A stretch of 64,000 nt of DNA from Rubripirellula sp. (lineage in GTDB: Bacteria; Planctomycetota; Planctomycetia; Pirellulales; Pirellulaceae). Of the stretch, positions 19,572 through 29,896 are shown one piece after another. The number at the start of each line of letters is the position of its first letter. The stretch's first letter is position 1. The notes under the pieces are model-generated. The model was not told the DNA's origin. It did no database searches and was given only the letters and a program-made list of their open reading frames with translations. The DNA is taken from the NCBI GenBank assembly GCA_965216875.1, contig OZ244207.1, forward strand, positions 5,440,001-5,504,000, written 5' to 3'. The position numbers and the translations under genes are program-made.

Positions 19572-21065
19572 TCACTCGGCCTTCACGCACTGTTTGAGCG
19601 ATGTAGCGATTTTGTCGTTGGCCAAGTGAGGATCACCCGTTTGCTCGCATTTCGAAAGCAAAGCCTGGGCAAGCCGGCTCGTTGCTTCGGCAGTCCCAGG
19701 ACGCCCGTAGAAATTCAGCAGTTCGTCAGGGTCCTGCTCGGCGTCGAAAAGCCATGGACGATCGTTCACCGAAACGACCAGCTTGTAGCGTCGATCGACG
19801 GCAGCCAACCACCCGGCCGAAGTGCCCGAGTTTCTCAGAAAGGTGATCTCTGGCTCCGATGTCTTGGTTTCCCCTCGAAATGAGGAGGTCAGGTCGCGTC
19901 CTTCGAACTCGACGGGCTTGCCAATGCCAGCAAGACCAAGAATCGTCGGCGAAACATCGACCGTGCCGACCGGATCGACGTAAAGGGTCTTGGCAGCCAA
20001 GCGTTTCGGATAGCGAACCAACATTGGAACACGCGCCGATCCTTCGTAGGGATTCCCTTTGTTCAGCCGGTCATGCTCGTAGCAAAGGTCGCCATGGTCC
20101 GAGGTCAGCAGAATGATGGTCGAATCCAATTCACCTGACTCCTCAAGCGTCGCAAGCAACCGGCCGATGTTGTCGTCGATGCACTTCACCATCCCGAAGT
20201 ACTTGCTCATTTGAGCGCCAACAAATTTGGGGTGCTTTGCAGCGCCGAGCCATTTGGGAATAGGAAAGTCCTTTCGTCCGTAGGTCCGCGGCGCCAAAAA
20301 TCGAAGACTGTCGTACATCCGGTCATAAGGAGCCCGCACCGTATTCGGTCCGTGCGGATCGGGATAACTGACCACGGTCAAAAAGGGTTTGTCGCTCGGC
20401 TGGTTGATGTACTGGATCACACGGTCAGTCAAAAAGTCGGTGGTGAAGGTTTCTTCGTCAGCACCCGAAACGCCGTAGGCAGGCTTCCCCTTCTTGTCGA
20501 GCGCGCCGACCGAAGGGACACCCTCCTTTTCGGCAAGCTTCTTCCAATGCCCGCGATTGAACATGTACTTGGTGTGCTGGAAACCGCCATCGATCTTCGG
20601 CGCCCAGCCAGGTTTGCTCTCGCCACCCAAGTGCCACTTCCCAATGAAGCTTGAGCGATAGCCGTTGTCATTCAAGATCGTGGCAAGCGTTGGGATATCG
20701 GTTCGCAACTTGTGATTGTTGGTCGGCACTCCAGTGTTGTGCGGGTACAACCCCGTGATCATCGCAGCACGACTCGGCGAACAAACCGGCGCCGTCGCAT
20801 AGGCGCGCGTGCAAATCACGCCCTCATCGGCAATGCGGTCCATGTGTGGCGTAGGGACAACACAATTGGGACCCCACATTTCAGCCTGCTCTTTGGGCAA
20901 CCGGTCTCGGTAACATCCGAGCGTGCGAAAGTTGTGTTCGTCGGTGATGATGACCAAGACGTTTGGTTTATCCTGGCCTCCCTCGGCGAAAGAGTTGGCG
21001 TCTGCGAGAGAGTTGACCAGCGATAGAAACGCAGTCAGGACAGCAGCAAAGGTGGTGGCTTTCAT
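19572..21065 (-). CDS. sulfatase (Cys-type, secreted)
   Basis: KPNVLVIITDEH, CSPSR..MITG, GKWHLG, TSDHG; signal peptide from MKATT (21065). Confidence 0.95.
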   Translation of the reverse strand: MKATTFAAVLTAFLSLVNSLADANSFAEGGQDKPNVLVIITDEHNFRTLGCYRDRLPKEQAEMWGPNCVVPTPHMDRIADEGVICTRAYATAPVCSPSRAAMITGLYPHNTGVPTNNHKLRTDIPTLATILNDNGYRSSFIGKWHLGGESKPGWAPKIDGGFQHTKYMFNRGHWKKLAEKEGVPSVGALDKKGKPAYGVSGADEETFTTDFLTDRVIQYINQPSDKPFLTVVSYPDPHGPNTVRAPYDRMYDSLRFLAPRTYGRKDFPIPKWLGAAKHPKFVGAQMSKYFGMVKCIDDNIGRLLATLEESGELDSTIILLTSDHGDLCYEHDRLNKGNPYEGSARVPMLVRYPKRLAAKTLYVDPVGTVDVSPTILGLAGIGKPVEFEGRDLTSSFRGETKTSEPEITFLRNSGTSAGWLAAVDRRYKLVVSVNDRPWLFDAEQDPDELLNFYGRPGTAEATSRLAQALLSKCEQTGDPHLANDKIATSLKQCVKAE

Positions 21066-21158
21066 CTCGGTCCTTTGTGGTGGTGGCTTAGTCAGCGAGC
21101 TAACTAGTCTAACCATCACCACGACCGACCTGCGCGGGATCCCACGCAGAGGCTGTGC

Positions 21159-21551
21159 GTGAGCCGAACGCGCTAGCGTCGGGCCTTACACGCAACGTAG
21201 CCACCCTCGCCAGAGCGTGGAGATCGTAATAGCGGCCCGCCCATGTGAACCACCTTCTGGCGAAGGTAGCTACCGCCAACGAAGAGGACGCGGAGCGTCC
21301 GAGAGTGCGTTACCACGCAGACCGTGGTAACGAGGCTGTCGTGAGCCGAACGCGCTAGCGTCGGGCCTTGCACACAACGTAGCCACGCTCGCCAGAGCGG
21401 CCCGCCAATGTGAACCACCTTCTGGCGAAGGTAGCTACGGACGGTGCGCAAAACGAACCCCCGTCATGCGGAGCATGACCTACAAAGAGGACGCGGTGCA
21501 CCCGAAATGGTTGCCGGATCCGCGTCGCTGTCGCTCCTTGATCCGGCCTAC
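21159..21551. repeat. mosaic REP array with internal tandem duplication
   Basis: About ten palindromic units from five families; 21159-21273 is repeated at 21341-21438. Confidence 0.9.
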
Positions 21552-22723
21552 TGCTTCTTGCCGAGGCAACGCAGCGATAGAACGCCTTCGATCGCCCGGA
21601 TCTCATTGACCGTTTCGTCAGCGATTTCGCCATCAACATCGATGATGGTGTAGGCGATTTCGCCACGCGACTTGTTCAACAGGTCGGCGATGTTCAAACC
21701 AGCATTCGCGAGCAGTGTCGAGATTTGGCCGACCATGTTTGGAACGTTGGCGTTGGCGATCGTGATTCGGTACCCGCCGTTTCGCGGCATGACCGCTTCG
21801 GGGAAGTTGACCGAATTGCGAACGGTACCATCTTCCAAGTAGTCGCGAACTTGGTCGGCGACCATGACCGCACAGTTCTCTTCGGCTTCGGCGGTCGACG
21901 CGCCAAGGTGCGGGAACGACAACACTTTGTCGTGTGCCAACAGCGCACCGGTTGGAAAGTCGATCACGTAACGATGTAGGTGTTCGTCATCAAGCGCCTT
22001 CAACACAGCTTCGTCATCACAGATTCCACCGCGAGCCAAGTTCACGATCACGCCTCCCTTGGGCATCATCGCAATCCGCTCGGCCGACACCAATCCGCGA
22101 GTCGCATCGATCAATGGCACGTGAACCGAAACAGCGTCGCACTGGCTGAACAAGTGATCGATGCTGACCGCTTGCTCGACGCCACTGTCGAGTTGCCATG
22201 CACTTTGCACCGAGATCAGTGGATCGTAACCAACAACCTTCATGCCAAGCGACAAAGCAGCGTTGGCAACGCGAAGGCCGATTGCACCAAGTCCGATCAC
22301 GCCGAGCGTTTTCGACGGAAGCTCGTAGCCGACAAAGTTCTTTTTGCCCGACTCGACTGCTTTCGAGATCTCGGCGTCATCACCAGAAAGTCCCGCGGCA
22401 AAGTTTTGAGCTGCTGAGATGTTTCGTGCTGCCATCAGCAAACCGGCCAGAACCAACTCTTTGACCGCGTTGGCGTTGGCACCGGGTGCGTTGAAGACTG
22501 GCACACCGCGCTGAGTCATCTTGTCGACAGGGATGTTGTTGACTCCGGCGCCAGCACGCCCGATGGCGACCACTGACTCGGGAATCTCCATGTCGTGCAT
22601 CTTGAACGAACGCAGCAGAATCGCATCAGGATGACCGATCTCGGAAGCCACTTCGTAGCTCTCACGAGGCAGTCGCTGTAAACCCTTAACGGAGATGTTG
22701 TTCAGCGTGAGGATCTTGGGCAT
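21548..22723 (-). CDS. serA: D-3-phosphoglycerate dehydrogenase with C-terminal ACT domain
   Basis: RAGAGVNN, PGANANAVKE, GLGAIG, PHLGAST.EAE, NVPNMVGQIS. Confidence 0.95.
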   Translation of the reverse strand: MPKILTLNNISVKGLQRLPRESYEVASEIGHPDAILLRSFKMHDMEIPESVVAIGRAGAGVNNIPVDKMTQRGVPVFNAPGANANAVKELVLAGLLMAARNISAAQNFAAGLSGDDAEISKAVESGKKNFVGYELPSKTLGVIGLGAIGLRVANAALSLGMKVVGYDPLISVQSAWQLDSGVEQAVSIDHLFSQCDAVSVHVPLIDATRGLVSAERIAMMPKGGVIVNLARGGICDDEAVLKALDDEHLHRYVIDFPTGALLAHDKVLSFPHLGASTAEAEENCAVMVADQVRDYLEDGTVRNSVNFPEAVMPRNGGYRITIANANVPNMVGQISTLLANAGLNIADLLNKSRGEIAYTIIDVDGEIADETVNEIRAIEGVLSLRCLGKKQ

Positions 22724-22800
22724 TGCTTGGAACCGCTGTGCGGCAATGAAGATAGGTGGTGTTGAGAAATCGATTGGAACGGCCGACCGGGCAAAGGCGA

Positions 22801-23913
22801 TCAGCCGTTCTTGGATGCAAAGTCTTTCATGAAGTTTGCAAGCGACTGGGCGCCTTCGACGGGCATCGCGTTGTAGATGCTGGCTCGGATTCCACCCACG
22901 CTGCGGTGACCCTTCAAGTTCGCCAGTTCATTCCCGGCCGCTTCGGCGATGAATTTGCTTTGCAAATCATCGTTGGGCAACGTGAACGTGACGTTCATGA
23001 TCGAGCGGCAATCGGGCACGGCGTGGCCGGTGAAGAACCCGTTGCTGCCGTCGATGACGTCGTAAAGCATTTGAGCCTTGTCGCGGTTTTGCTTTTCCAT
23101 CGCTTCGAGGCCACCGATGTCGTCGGTCAACCACTTGGCGACTTTGCCCAACACGTAGATTGCAAAGGTTGGTGGCGTGTTCCACTCCGAATCGGCATCG
23201 GCGTGGTTTTTGTAACGCAGGTAACCTGGCAGCGTCTCGCTTCCGACATCAAGCAGGTCTCGGCGGACAACGGCGACCGTCACACCAGCGGGTCCAGCGT
23301 TCTTTTGAGCACATGCATACAAGATGCCGTACTTGTCCATCGGCAACGGACGACAGAGCAAATCGCTCGACGCGTCACAAATCAAAGGCACGTCGGAGGG
23401 GCATTCAGGTTCGCTTTGGAACTGAACACCTTGAATCGTTTCGTTGCTGCAGTAGTAGAGGTACGCCGCATCGCTTGGAACTTGGTAATCCGAAGCCGAA
23501 GGAACGTGGTTGTAGTTGGATTCTTTGGCGTCGAAAGCAACTTCGACGTTTCCTTCTTTCTTGGCCTCGGCAAGCGCCTTTTTGGCCCATGAACCGGTAA
23601 CAATGTATTGAGCCGTCTTCCCACTGTCTCGCAGCAGGTTGGCGGGGATCATCGAGAACTGAAGTGCCGCACCGCCTTGAAGGAACAGGACTGCGTGATC
23701 GTCACCGATACCCAGCAGCGATCGGATCGAGTTCTCTGCGTCGTGCAAAATGTCGACAAAGGTCTTACTGCGATGGCTGATTTCCATCACCGAGGCGCCC
23801 GCGCCGGGCAAACAGAGCAGTTCTTCTTGAACCTGCTGGAGGACGGACAGGGGCAACGCGGCGGGGCCCGCCGAGAAGTTAAAAACCCGCTGAGCGGTCG
23901 CGGTGGCACTCAT
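22801..23913 (-). CDS. serC: phosphoserine aminotransferase
   Basis: FNFSAGPA, SVMEISHRS, NETIQG, AQKNAGPAG, KGHRSVGGIRASIYNA. Confidence 0.98.
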   Translation of the reverse strand: MSATATAQRVFNFSAGPAALPLSVLQQVQEELLCLPGAGASVMEISHRSKTFVDILHDAENSIRSLLGIGDDHAVLFLQGGAALQFSMIPANLLRDSGKTAQYIVTGSWAKKALAEAKKEGNVEVAFDAKESNYNHVPSASDYQVPSDAAYLYYCSNETIQGVQFQSEPECPSDVPLICDASSDLLCRPLPMDKYGILYACAQKNAGPAGVTVAVVRRDLLDVGSETLPGYLRYKNHADADSEWNTPPTFAIYVLGKVAKWLTDDIGGLEAMEKQNRDKAQMLYDVIDGSNGFFTGHAVPDCRSIMNVTFTLPNDDLQSKFIAEAAGNELANLKGHRSVGGIRASIYNAMPVEGAQSLANFMKDFASKNG

Positions 23914-24147
23914 CGTTCAGTGTTCCAGGACGTGAATTTGAGGGAAAGTGACGCCTGTCGAGACGGGAAAAATGGGTCACAAACGGGCGATTCTAAACAT
24001 CGATGTGAATTTGCGGTAGGTTGCGACTTTCCTTCCTTTTTGCCCCCCACCAGCTTTGGGGCGCATGACGCCCTAATCTGCCGAATTGGGTTGCCACCCG
24101 TCAGCGTCATCACCCTGATTTGATCGATTTCCAACAGGTTTCTCACC

Positions 24148-27100
24148 ATGTCGACCCACCAAGCTGATGCCACCGAGGCGATCGAAGTCGCCGCTGAGCT
24201 GCTACGTGAGGCGAACCGGCTGCAAACGCCGCACGAACGCCGCCAGCAGGCCGAACTCGACCGCATGATCGGTCACGCCGAGGACAAAGCGACGCTGGTC
24301 GAAATGACCGACCAGGCCTTTCGCACGCACACGCCGGCTCGGGTTGCCGATCAACTCACACACCTCTTAGACGTCCAGGGCGTCCCAAGGTTCTTCAATC
24401 CTGTCGAACAAGCCATGCTTCGTGGCTTTCAATCGTTCGGCGAATACTTGCCTGGCGTCGCCGTTCCGCTGGTCAAAGAAAAAATGAGGCGAGAAACGGC
24501 CAACGTCATCCTGCCATCCAATGGCGACCTCTTGGCCGAACATTTGCGCAACCGGCAAAGTCAGGGCGTTCAGATGAACGTCAACCTGCTTGGCGAAGCA
24601 CTCTTGGGCGAAAGGGAAACGTGGTCGCGGATGCAAGACTTCCACAACGCACTGCGGCTTCCTGATGTGCGTTGTCTCTCGGTCAAAATCACCACGCTCT
24701 ACAGCCAGGTCTCGCCGCTCGCCCGCCAGCACACGATTGATGTGGTTGCCGATCGATTGGAAACGCTTTATCGAACCGCCAACCGCGAGGTCGATCCCGA
24801 GACCAATCTCGGCAAATTCGTCTACCTCGATATGGAAGAGTACCGCGACCTCTACCTGACAGCCGATGCCCTCAAGCAAACGCTCGAACGCGAACGTCTC
24901 GAAAAGACACGAGCCGGGATCGCGCTGCAGGCTTACGTTCCTGATTCCTTTGGGGTGATGCAAGACTTGATCGCGTGGTCGACCTCGCGCGTTGCGGCCG
25001 GCGCGGTCCCTTTAACCATCCGGTTGGTCAAAGGAGCCAACATGGAAATGGAACGCGCCGAAGCCTCCGTCGGTGGACACGCGCAAGGCCCGTTTCAATC
25101 CAAACTCGAAACCGACGCGAACTACAAAAAGATGCTGCGTGTTTTGATCGACGCTGCGGCCGATGGCAACATTCGCGTTGGCGTGGCATCGCACAATCTG
25201 TTCGATGTCGCCCTCGCACTGGTTTGGGCGCAACGAAAAAACCTTGGCGACCAGATCCAGATCGAGATGCTTGAAGGCATGGCCAATCATCAACGCCGTG
25301 CGATCTCGGCCCGCGGCGCCAAGATGCTGTTGTACGCGCCGGCATGCAGCAAGGCTGGATTCCTGAATGCAATCGGCTATTTGATTCGTCGCCTGGACGA
25401 AAACACGGGACCACAGAACTTTTTGCGGCACGCCTATCGGCTCACTCCTGATAGCGAAGATTTCGAGAGCCTCGCAAACGACTTCAGACGTTCACTCGAA
25501 CTCGCCGACACGCTCGATTGCAGCCCGCGTCGCAAGCAGATCCGACGCGAAGCCCCCGCCCAACCGGTCGCTGCCGAGCATTGGTCCCAGCTTGTCAATG
25601 AACCTGACACCGACTGGTCACTTCCGCAGAACAGTCAATGGGCAAGCGAACTCCTTGAGCGCTGGAAAGATCGCTGCGATGAAAACGCGGCCAGTGTGGT
25701 CTGTGGCGAAAGCGACGCAGCGAGCCCGTCACTGCGTGAAACGTACGATCCGTTGCTGCGTGAAACGTACGATCCGTCGCGTCCCGGCAAGGTGATCGCG
25801 CGGTACAACGTGATGCCACTTGCGCAGGTGCAGCGAGCCGTCGAGGTGGCTGATGATGATCCATCAAGTTGGTCGGCGACCTCTGTCGAATCGCGACATG
25901 CGTTGCTTCGACAGGTCGCCCAAGTGCTCCGCGGTCGCCGAGGTGACTTGATCGGCGTGATGGTCGCCGAAGCAGGCAAGACCGTTGCCGAAGCCGATCC
26001 CGAAGTGAGTGAGGCGATCGATTTTTGCGAGTTCTATCCGCTGTCGATGCAACACTGGTGCGAGCAACGTCAAATCAAACTCAAGCCGCGGGGCGTGGTC
26101 GCCGTGATCACGCCGTGGAACTTTCCTTTGGCGATCCCATGCGGCGGCATCGCAGCCGCGCTTGCGGCAGGTAACACGGTGATCTTGAAACCGTCTGCTG
26201 AAACGGTGCTGACTGCAAAGTTGCTATGTGATGCTTTCTGGGACTCCGGCGTGCCACGTGACGTCCTGCAATTGGTGACCTGCGAAGACGAAGTTGCCGA
26301 AACGGGCCTGGTGAAGAACCCGCGTGTCGACACCGTGATTTTGACTGGCGGCACATCGACCGCTCGGCGCATGCTCTCCGTACGTCCCGACCTCCACTTG
26401 CTTGCCGAAACGGGCGGCAAGAACGCAACCATCGTGACCGCGATGGCCGACCGCGAACTCGCGATCAAACACATCATTCACTCCGCGTTCGGGCACAGCG
26501 GACAGAAGTGCAGCGCAACCTCGCTGCTCTTGCTCGAAGACGAGATCTTTCGCGATGAAAGGTTCAAAGCGATGCTCGCCGATGCGATCAACAGCATCGA
26601 AGTCGGCTCGGCCTGGGACCTTCACACCAAGATGGGGCCACTCATTGCTCCGCCCGGCGAAACGCTGACGCGTGGATTGAAAGCTCTCGAAGATGACGAG
26701 TCGTGGCTGGTCGTCCCCGAACACGTTGTTGATAACCCCAACCTTTATCGTCCCGGCGTGAAATGGAACATTCGTCCGGGTGGCTTCGCGCACCTGACCG
26801 AGCTCTTTGGCCCCGTCCTTGGCGTGATGCGATTCACGCGATTGGAGGAAGCGATCGAGATCGTGCGTTCGACCGGCTACGGCTTGACCAGCGGTTTGGA
26901 AAGTCTTGATGATCGCGAAATCGAACTTTGGAAACAAACGATTCACGCAGGGAACCTTTACATCAATCGACCAACCACCGGCGCGATCGTGTTGCGACAA
27001 CCCTTTGGCGGTGTCGGACTCAGTGCGTATGGGCCAGGTGTCAAAGCTGGTGGCCCACACTATGTGCTGGCGCTCGCGAAGATCGAAAACGGTGCGGCCG

Positions 27101-27750
27101 AGCCGATTGATACAAGTAAGCCAGCACATGACGACATGGATTGGCTCGAGGATTGGCGTGAGACTCTCAAACCGCGCATCCCAGCCGAGGACTATCCGAT
27201 CGTTTGCGCCGCGATGGCAAACCAACGCCAAGCCGCCGCCATTGAGTTTTCATCGGAACACGACAGCGTCAAATTGGTCGGCCAAGACAACGTGCGCCGC
27301 TACCGCCCTGTGCGAGCGATGACAATCCATGTGGGTGCAAGCGATCCGATGCTTGACGCGATCGTCGCGATCAGTGCTGCGGTGGCCGCGCGTGCACAAG
27401 TCACCCTTTCGATTGATCCCACCGTCGAACTGGCAATGCGAGAATTGCTTGAAGCGGCCGCCGACTTCGTGCCTGGATTGATTCATCCCGTCGAAGAAAC
27501 GGGCGTCGAACTGGCCGAGCGAATCGGCCGAGATGACGTCAACCGATTGCGACTTCTGTCGGACTCGGTTGATCCCGCCGTCTTGAAAGCGTGTGCCGAC
27601 AAGTTTGTGACCGTGGTGAAAGAACCGGTCGTCCATGATGGCCGAATCGAGTGCCTGAGGTACGTTGATGAGCAATCGATTTCGTACGACTATCACCGGT
27701 ACGGAAACCTCGGCCGCCGTAGCGAAGAAGCACGGCGCGACGTGCTGTAA
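24148..27750 (+). CDS. putA: bifunctional proline dehydrogenase / P5C dehydrogenase
   Basis: YLDMEE, RLVKGAN, ASHN, YLIRRLDEN; PWNFP, ETGGKN, FGHSGQKCSA, ELFGP, QPFGG. Confidence 0.96.
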   Translation: MSTHQADATEAIEVAAELLREANRLQTPHERRQQAELDRMIGHAEDKATLVEMTDQAFRTHTPARVADQLTHLLDVQGVPRFFNPVEQAMLRGFQSFGEYLPGVAVPLVKEKMRRETANVILPSNGDLLAEHLRNRQSQGVQMNVNLLGEALLGERETWSRMQDFHNALRLPDVRCLSVKITTLYSQVSPLARQHTIDVVADRLETLYRTANREVDPETNLGKFVYLDMEEYRDLYLTADALKQTLERERLEKTRAGIALQAYVPDSFGVMQDLIAWSTSRVAAGAVPLTIRLVKGANMEMERAEASVGGHAQGPFQSKLETDANYKKMLRVLIDAAADGNIRVGVASHNLFDVALALVWAQRKNLGDQIQIEMLEGMANHQRRAISARGAKMLLYAPACSKAGFLNAIGYLIRRLDENTGPQNFLRHAYRLTPDSEDFESLANDFRRSLELADTLDCSPRRKQIRREAPAQPVAAEHWSQLVNEPDTDWSLPQNSQWASELLERWKDRCDENAASVVCGESDAASPSLRETYDPLLRETYDPSRPGKVIARYNVMPLAQVQRAVEVADDDPSSWSATSVESRHALLRQVAQVLRGRRGDLIGVMVAEAGKTVAEADPEVSEAIDFCEFYPLSMQHWCEQRQIKLKPRGVVAVITPWNFPLAIPCGGIAAALAAGNTVILKPSAETVLTAKLLCDAFWDSGVPRDVLQLVTCEDEVAETGLVKNPRVDTVILTGGTSTARRMLSVRPDLHLLAETGGKNATIVTAMADRELAIKHIIHSAFGHSGQKCSATSLLLLEDEIFRDERFKAMLADAINSIEVGSAWDLHTKMGPLIAPPGETLTRGLKALEDDESWLVVPEHVVDNPNLYRPGVKWNIRPGGFAHLTELFGPVLGVMRFTRLEEAIEIVRSTGYGLTSGLESLDDREIELWKQTIHAGNLYINRPTTGAIVLRQPFGGVGLSAYGPGVKAGGPHYVLALAKIENGAAEPIDTSKPAHDDMDWLEDWRETLKPRIPAEDYPIVCAAMANQRQAAAIEFSSEHDSVKLVGQDNVRRYRPVRAMTIHVGASDPMLDAIVAISAAVAARAQVTLSIDPTVELAMRELLEAAADFVPGLIHPVEETGVELAERIGRDDVNRLRLLSDSVDPAVLKACADKFVTVVKEPVVHDGRIECLRYVDEQSISYDYHRYGNLGRRSEEARRDVL

Positions 27751-27752
27751 TT

Positions 27753-27971
27753 GTCAGCCGAACGCGCTAGCGTCGGGCGTTTCACGCAATGACGCGTTTG
27801 CTAGCTCGCAACGTAGCTACGCTCGCCAGAGCGTGGTGTGGTGAAAAACGTTTCGCCGTCGCGCCCACCTTCTGGCGAAGGTAGCTACGATTGCGTACGA
27901 ACATGAGCCGAACGGGCTGGGGACGCGGAGCGTCCGAAGAGTGCGTTACCACGCAGAGCGTGGTAACGAGG
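27753..27971. repeat. mosaic REP cluster
   Basis: AGCCGAACGCGCTAGCGTCGGGC, an inverted GTAGCTAC.. pair, and the GGACGCGGAGCGTCC..GGTAACGAG unit. Confidence 0.85.
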
Positions 27972-27983
27972 TGTGTAACTCAG

Positions 27984-28538
27984 CTACGGATCAAGTCCAA
28001 AATCCTCAAGCCATTTACGGGCGTCGTCGGGGCTGACACCCTCGGGCTTATCATCGTCGACACTCCCCTGCCCTGCCCCGTCGTCCTGGCCTGTCCTCAC
28101 GACTTTGTGCGCCAGCCGAACTCTACCGTCGATCAAATCGTCGAGCCACGGCTCGGCGTCAAAAGCCATCGCACTGCGTCTGGCAGCCGCAGCTTGAATC
28201 CGGTGATCCGAGGAGATCACGGCTAACCGTTTTGGCGCCGATTGGATGGCGATGATCTCTTCGATCAAGTCATCGGCCTCGGGATAGCCGACCGCAAAAC
28301 GGACGTCGATCGATTGATGAGTGAATCGATTCGGTCGGCCCGGCGGCGGATTGGCTGCATCAAAGACCACACAACAACGCGCGCGGACCGATCGATCGAG
28401 CTGACTGGCAAGCCGATCAAGCAACCGTGTGCGTTCGCGGTGCAGCCAATCGTCGGCACCGCGCGCAGGTGCGGCTGCAGGCGAAACGACGTTGTAGCCG
28501 TCGACGAGAAGCAGCAAAGACGATTCCGATCCAGACAT
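27984..28538 (-). CDS. NYN-domain (YacP-like) protein
   Basis: LLVDGYN, VVFDA, EADDLIE, VISSD..I motifs; start at MSGSES. Confidence 0.85.
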   Translation of the reverse strand: MSGSESSLLLLVDGYNVVSPAAAPARGADDWLHRERTRLLDRLASQLDRSVRARCCVVFDAANPPPGRPNRFTHQSIDVRFAVGYPEADDLIEEIIAIQSAPKRLAVISSDHRIQAAAARRSAMAFDAEPWLDDLIDGRVRLAHKVVRTGQDDGAGQGSVDDDKPEGVSPDDARKWLEDFGLDP

Positions 28539-28632
28539 ACATCGAATCGTACCCGCAAAGGCTCTTCGCGGGAAACCGCTCGCTGGACCTATCCGAATAG
28601 TCCGTACGTCGTATCGAGCCTCGGCGCAGTTT

Positions 28633-28698
28633 TGTCGCCTTTCGCTCCGCGAAAGTAGCGTCTTGCGAACGCAACTTTTGCGGAGCAAAAGGCGACAA
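28633..28698. repeat. inverted REP pair (TGTCGCCTTTCGCTCCGCGAAAG family)
   Basis: Two palindromic units in inverted orientation. Confidence 0.8.
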
Positions 28699-28705
28699 TA
28701 ACCGA

Positions 28706-29896
28706 CTAACCTCTGCGGTCAGCGATGGCTTTCGAGACAGCGGAGGCGATTTGCTGGGCTGACTTCTCGACCGTTCGCTCGGCAACCGAGAGGCGTGAGC
28801 TTGCCGGCAAGGCCGAGAGCTGTGGATCGGAAAGATTCACGAACTTGTCGAGCGTATCGGCAAGCGTCCCTTCGACTTCCGGATCGTAGACGAATCCGTT
28901 TTGGCCGTCGCGAATCAACGTGGCGACCGATTGGGCATGCTTGCTGCCGATGACTGGCACGCCAGAAAAAAGCGATTCATCAACGACCAAACCCCATTCG
29001 TCACACAGGGTCGGAAAGAGCGACGCGTCGCAACTGCGGTAGTGTTCGCTGATTTCGTCGGGACCACAAAAACCGTGCAGATGAACCTTCAAGTTGTCGG
29101 GCGTCACAAAGTTCTCGATCATCGACTGCTGAGGGCCTTTGCCGACCAAGTGCCAATCAAGCTGCCGAGACGCATTCGCTTCGGCCCAATCCGCGAGTTG
29201 GTTGAGTGCCAAGAAGACACCTTTGCGATCGCTCAATTCACCTGTGGTAACAAGCGATAGGTGGTCGCGATCAAGACTTTGCACGCGATCGCCGACGTCG
29301 TGTTTGCGAGGGTCGGCAGCGTAGAACCAAGGATGCAAGCGCTCCTCGGGCGTTCCAAGCGAAACGAGAAACTCGCGACACTCGGGACCATTGTAGGTGA
29401 CCGCATCGAGTCGCGGCAGCAACCGGCGGCGAATCATCCCGCGCAGGCGTCCGCGTCCCGCTTCGCTTCGTGGCGACGCATTGACCGCGGCGACCAGCGC
29501 GCAACTGGAATTTGCTTTCTGATACGCATGGGCAAGCATCGTTCGCGGCCCAAGTTCAAGCGAAACGATCGCATCGGGTCTGAGTCGGCGCAATTGGCTG
29601 ATGGTATCGAGCGGAATGTGCAAATAGTTAACGTCCCGGTATCCCCCGGGATGATCGACGTTGCGCGTAATCGTCCACGTCTTTTGAACCGTCACGTCCA
29701 AGTCAGCCCAATCGGGTGTCCAAGCGCGATTGGATTCAACCGCCACTGAAGACAAAACGGTCAAGCGATCGACATGCGCCGCGAGAGCCTGGAGCACCGG
29801 CAAGTGGTTCGGCGCCACAAAGTTCACCAGCACAACAACGTGTGACTTTGACGCCAGCGCCAGTGAATCATCGAGGCTTGCTTGGTCCATGATCAT
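28706..29896 (-). CDS. glycosyltransferase (GT4-like)
   Basis: GELSDRKG, LFPTL.DEWGLVVDE...SG.PVIGS; start overlaps the upstream stop. Confidence 0.88.
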   Translation of the reverse strand: MIMDQASLDDSLALASKSHVVVLVNFVAPNHLPVLQALAAHVDRLTVLSSVAVESNRAWTPDWADLDVTVQKTWTITRNVDHPGGYRDVNYLHIPLDTISQLRRLRPDAIVSLELGPRTMLAHAYQKANSSCALVAAVNASPRSEAGRGRLRGMIRRRLLPRLDAVTYNGPECREFLVSLGTPEERLHPWFYAADPRKHDVGDRVQSLDRDHLSLVTTGELSDRKGVFLALNQLADWAEANASRQLDWHLVGKGPQQSMIENFVTPDNLKVHLHGFCGPDEISEHYRSCDASLFPTLCDEWGLVVDESLFSGVPVIGSKHAQSVATLIRDGQNGFVYDPEVEGTLADTLDKFVNLSDPQLSALPASSRLSVAERTVEKSAQQIASAVSKAIADRRG

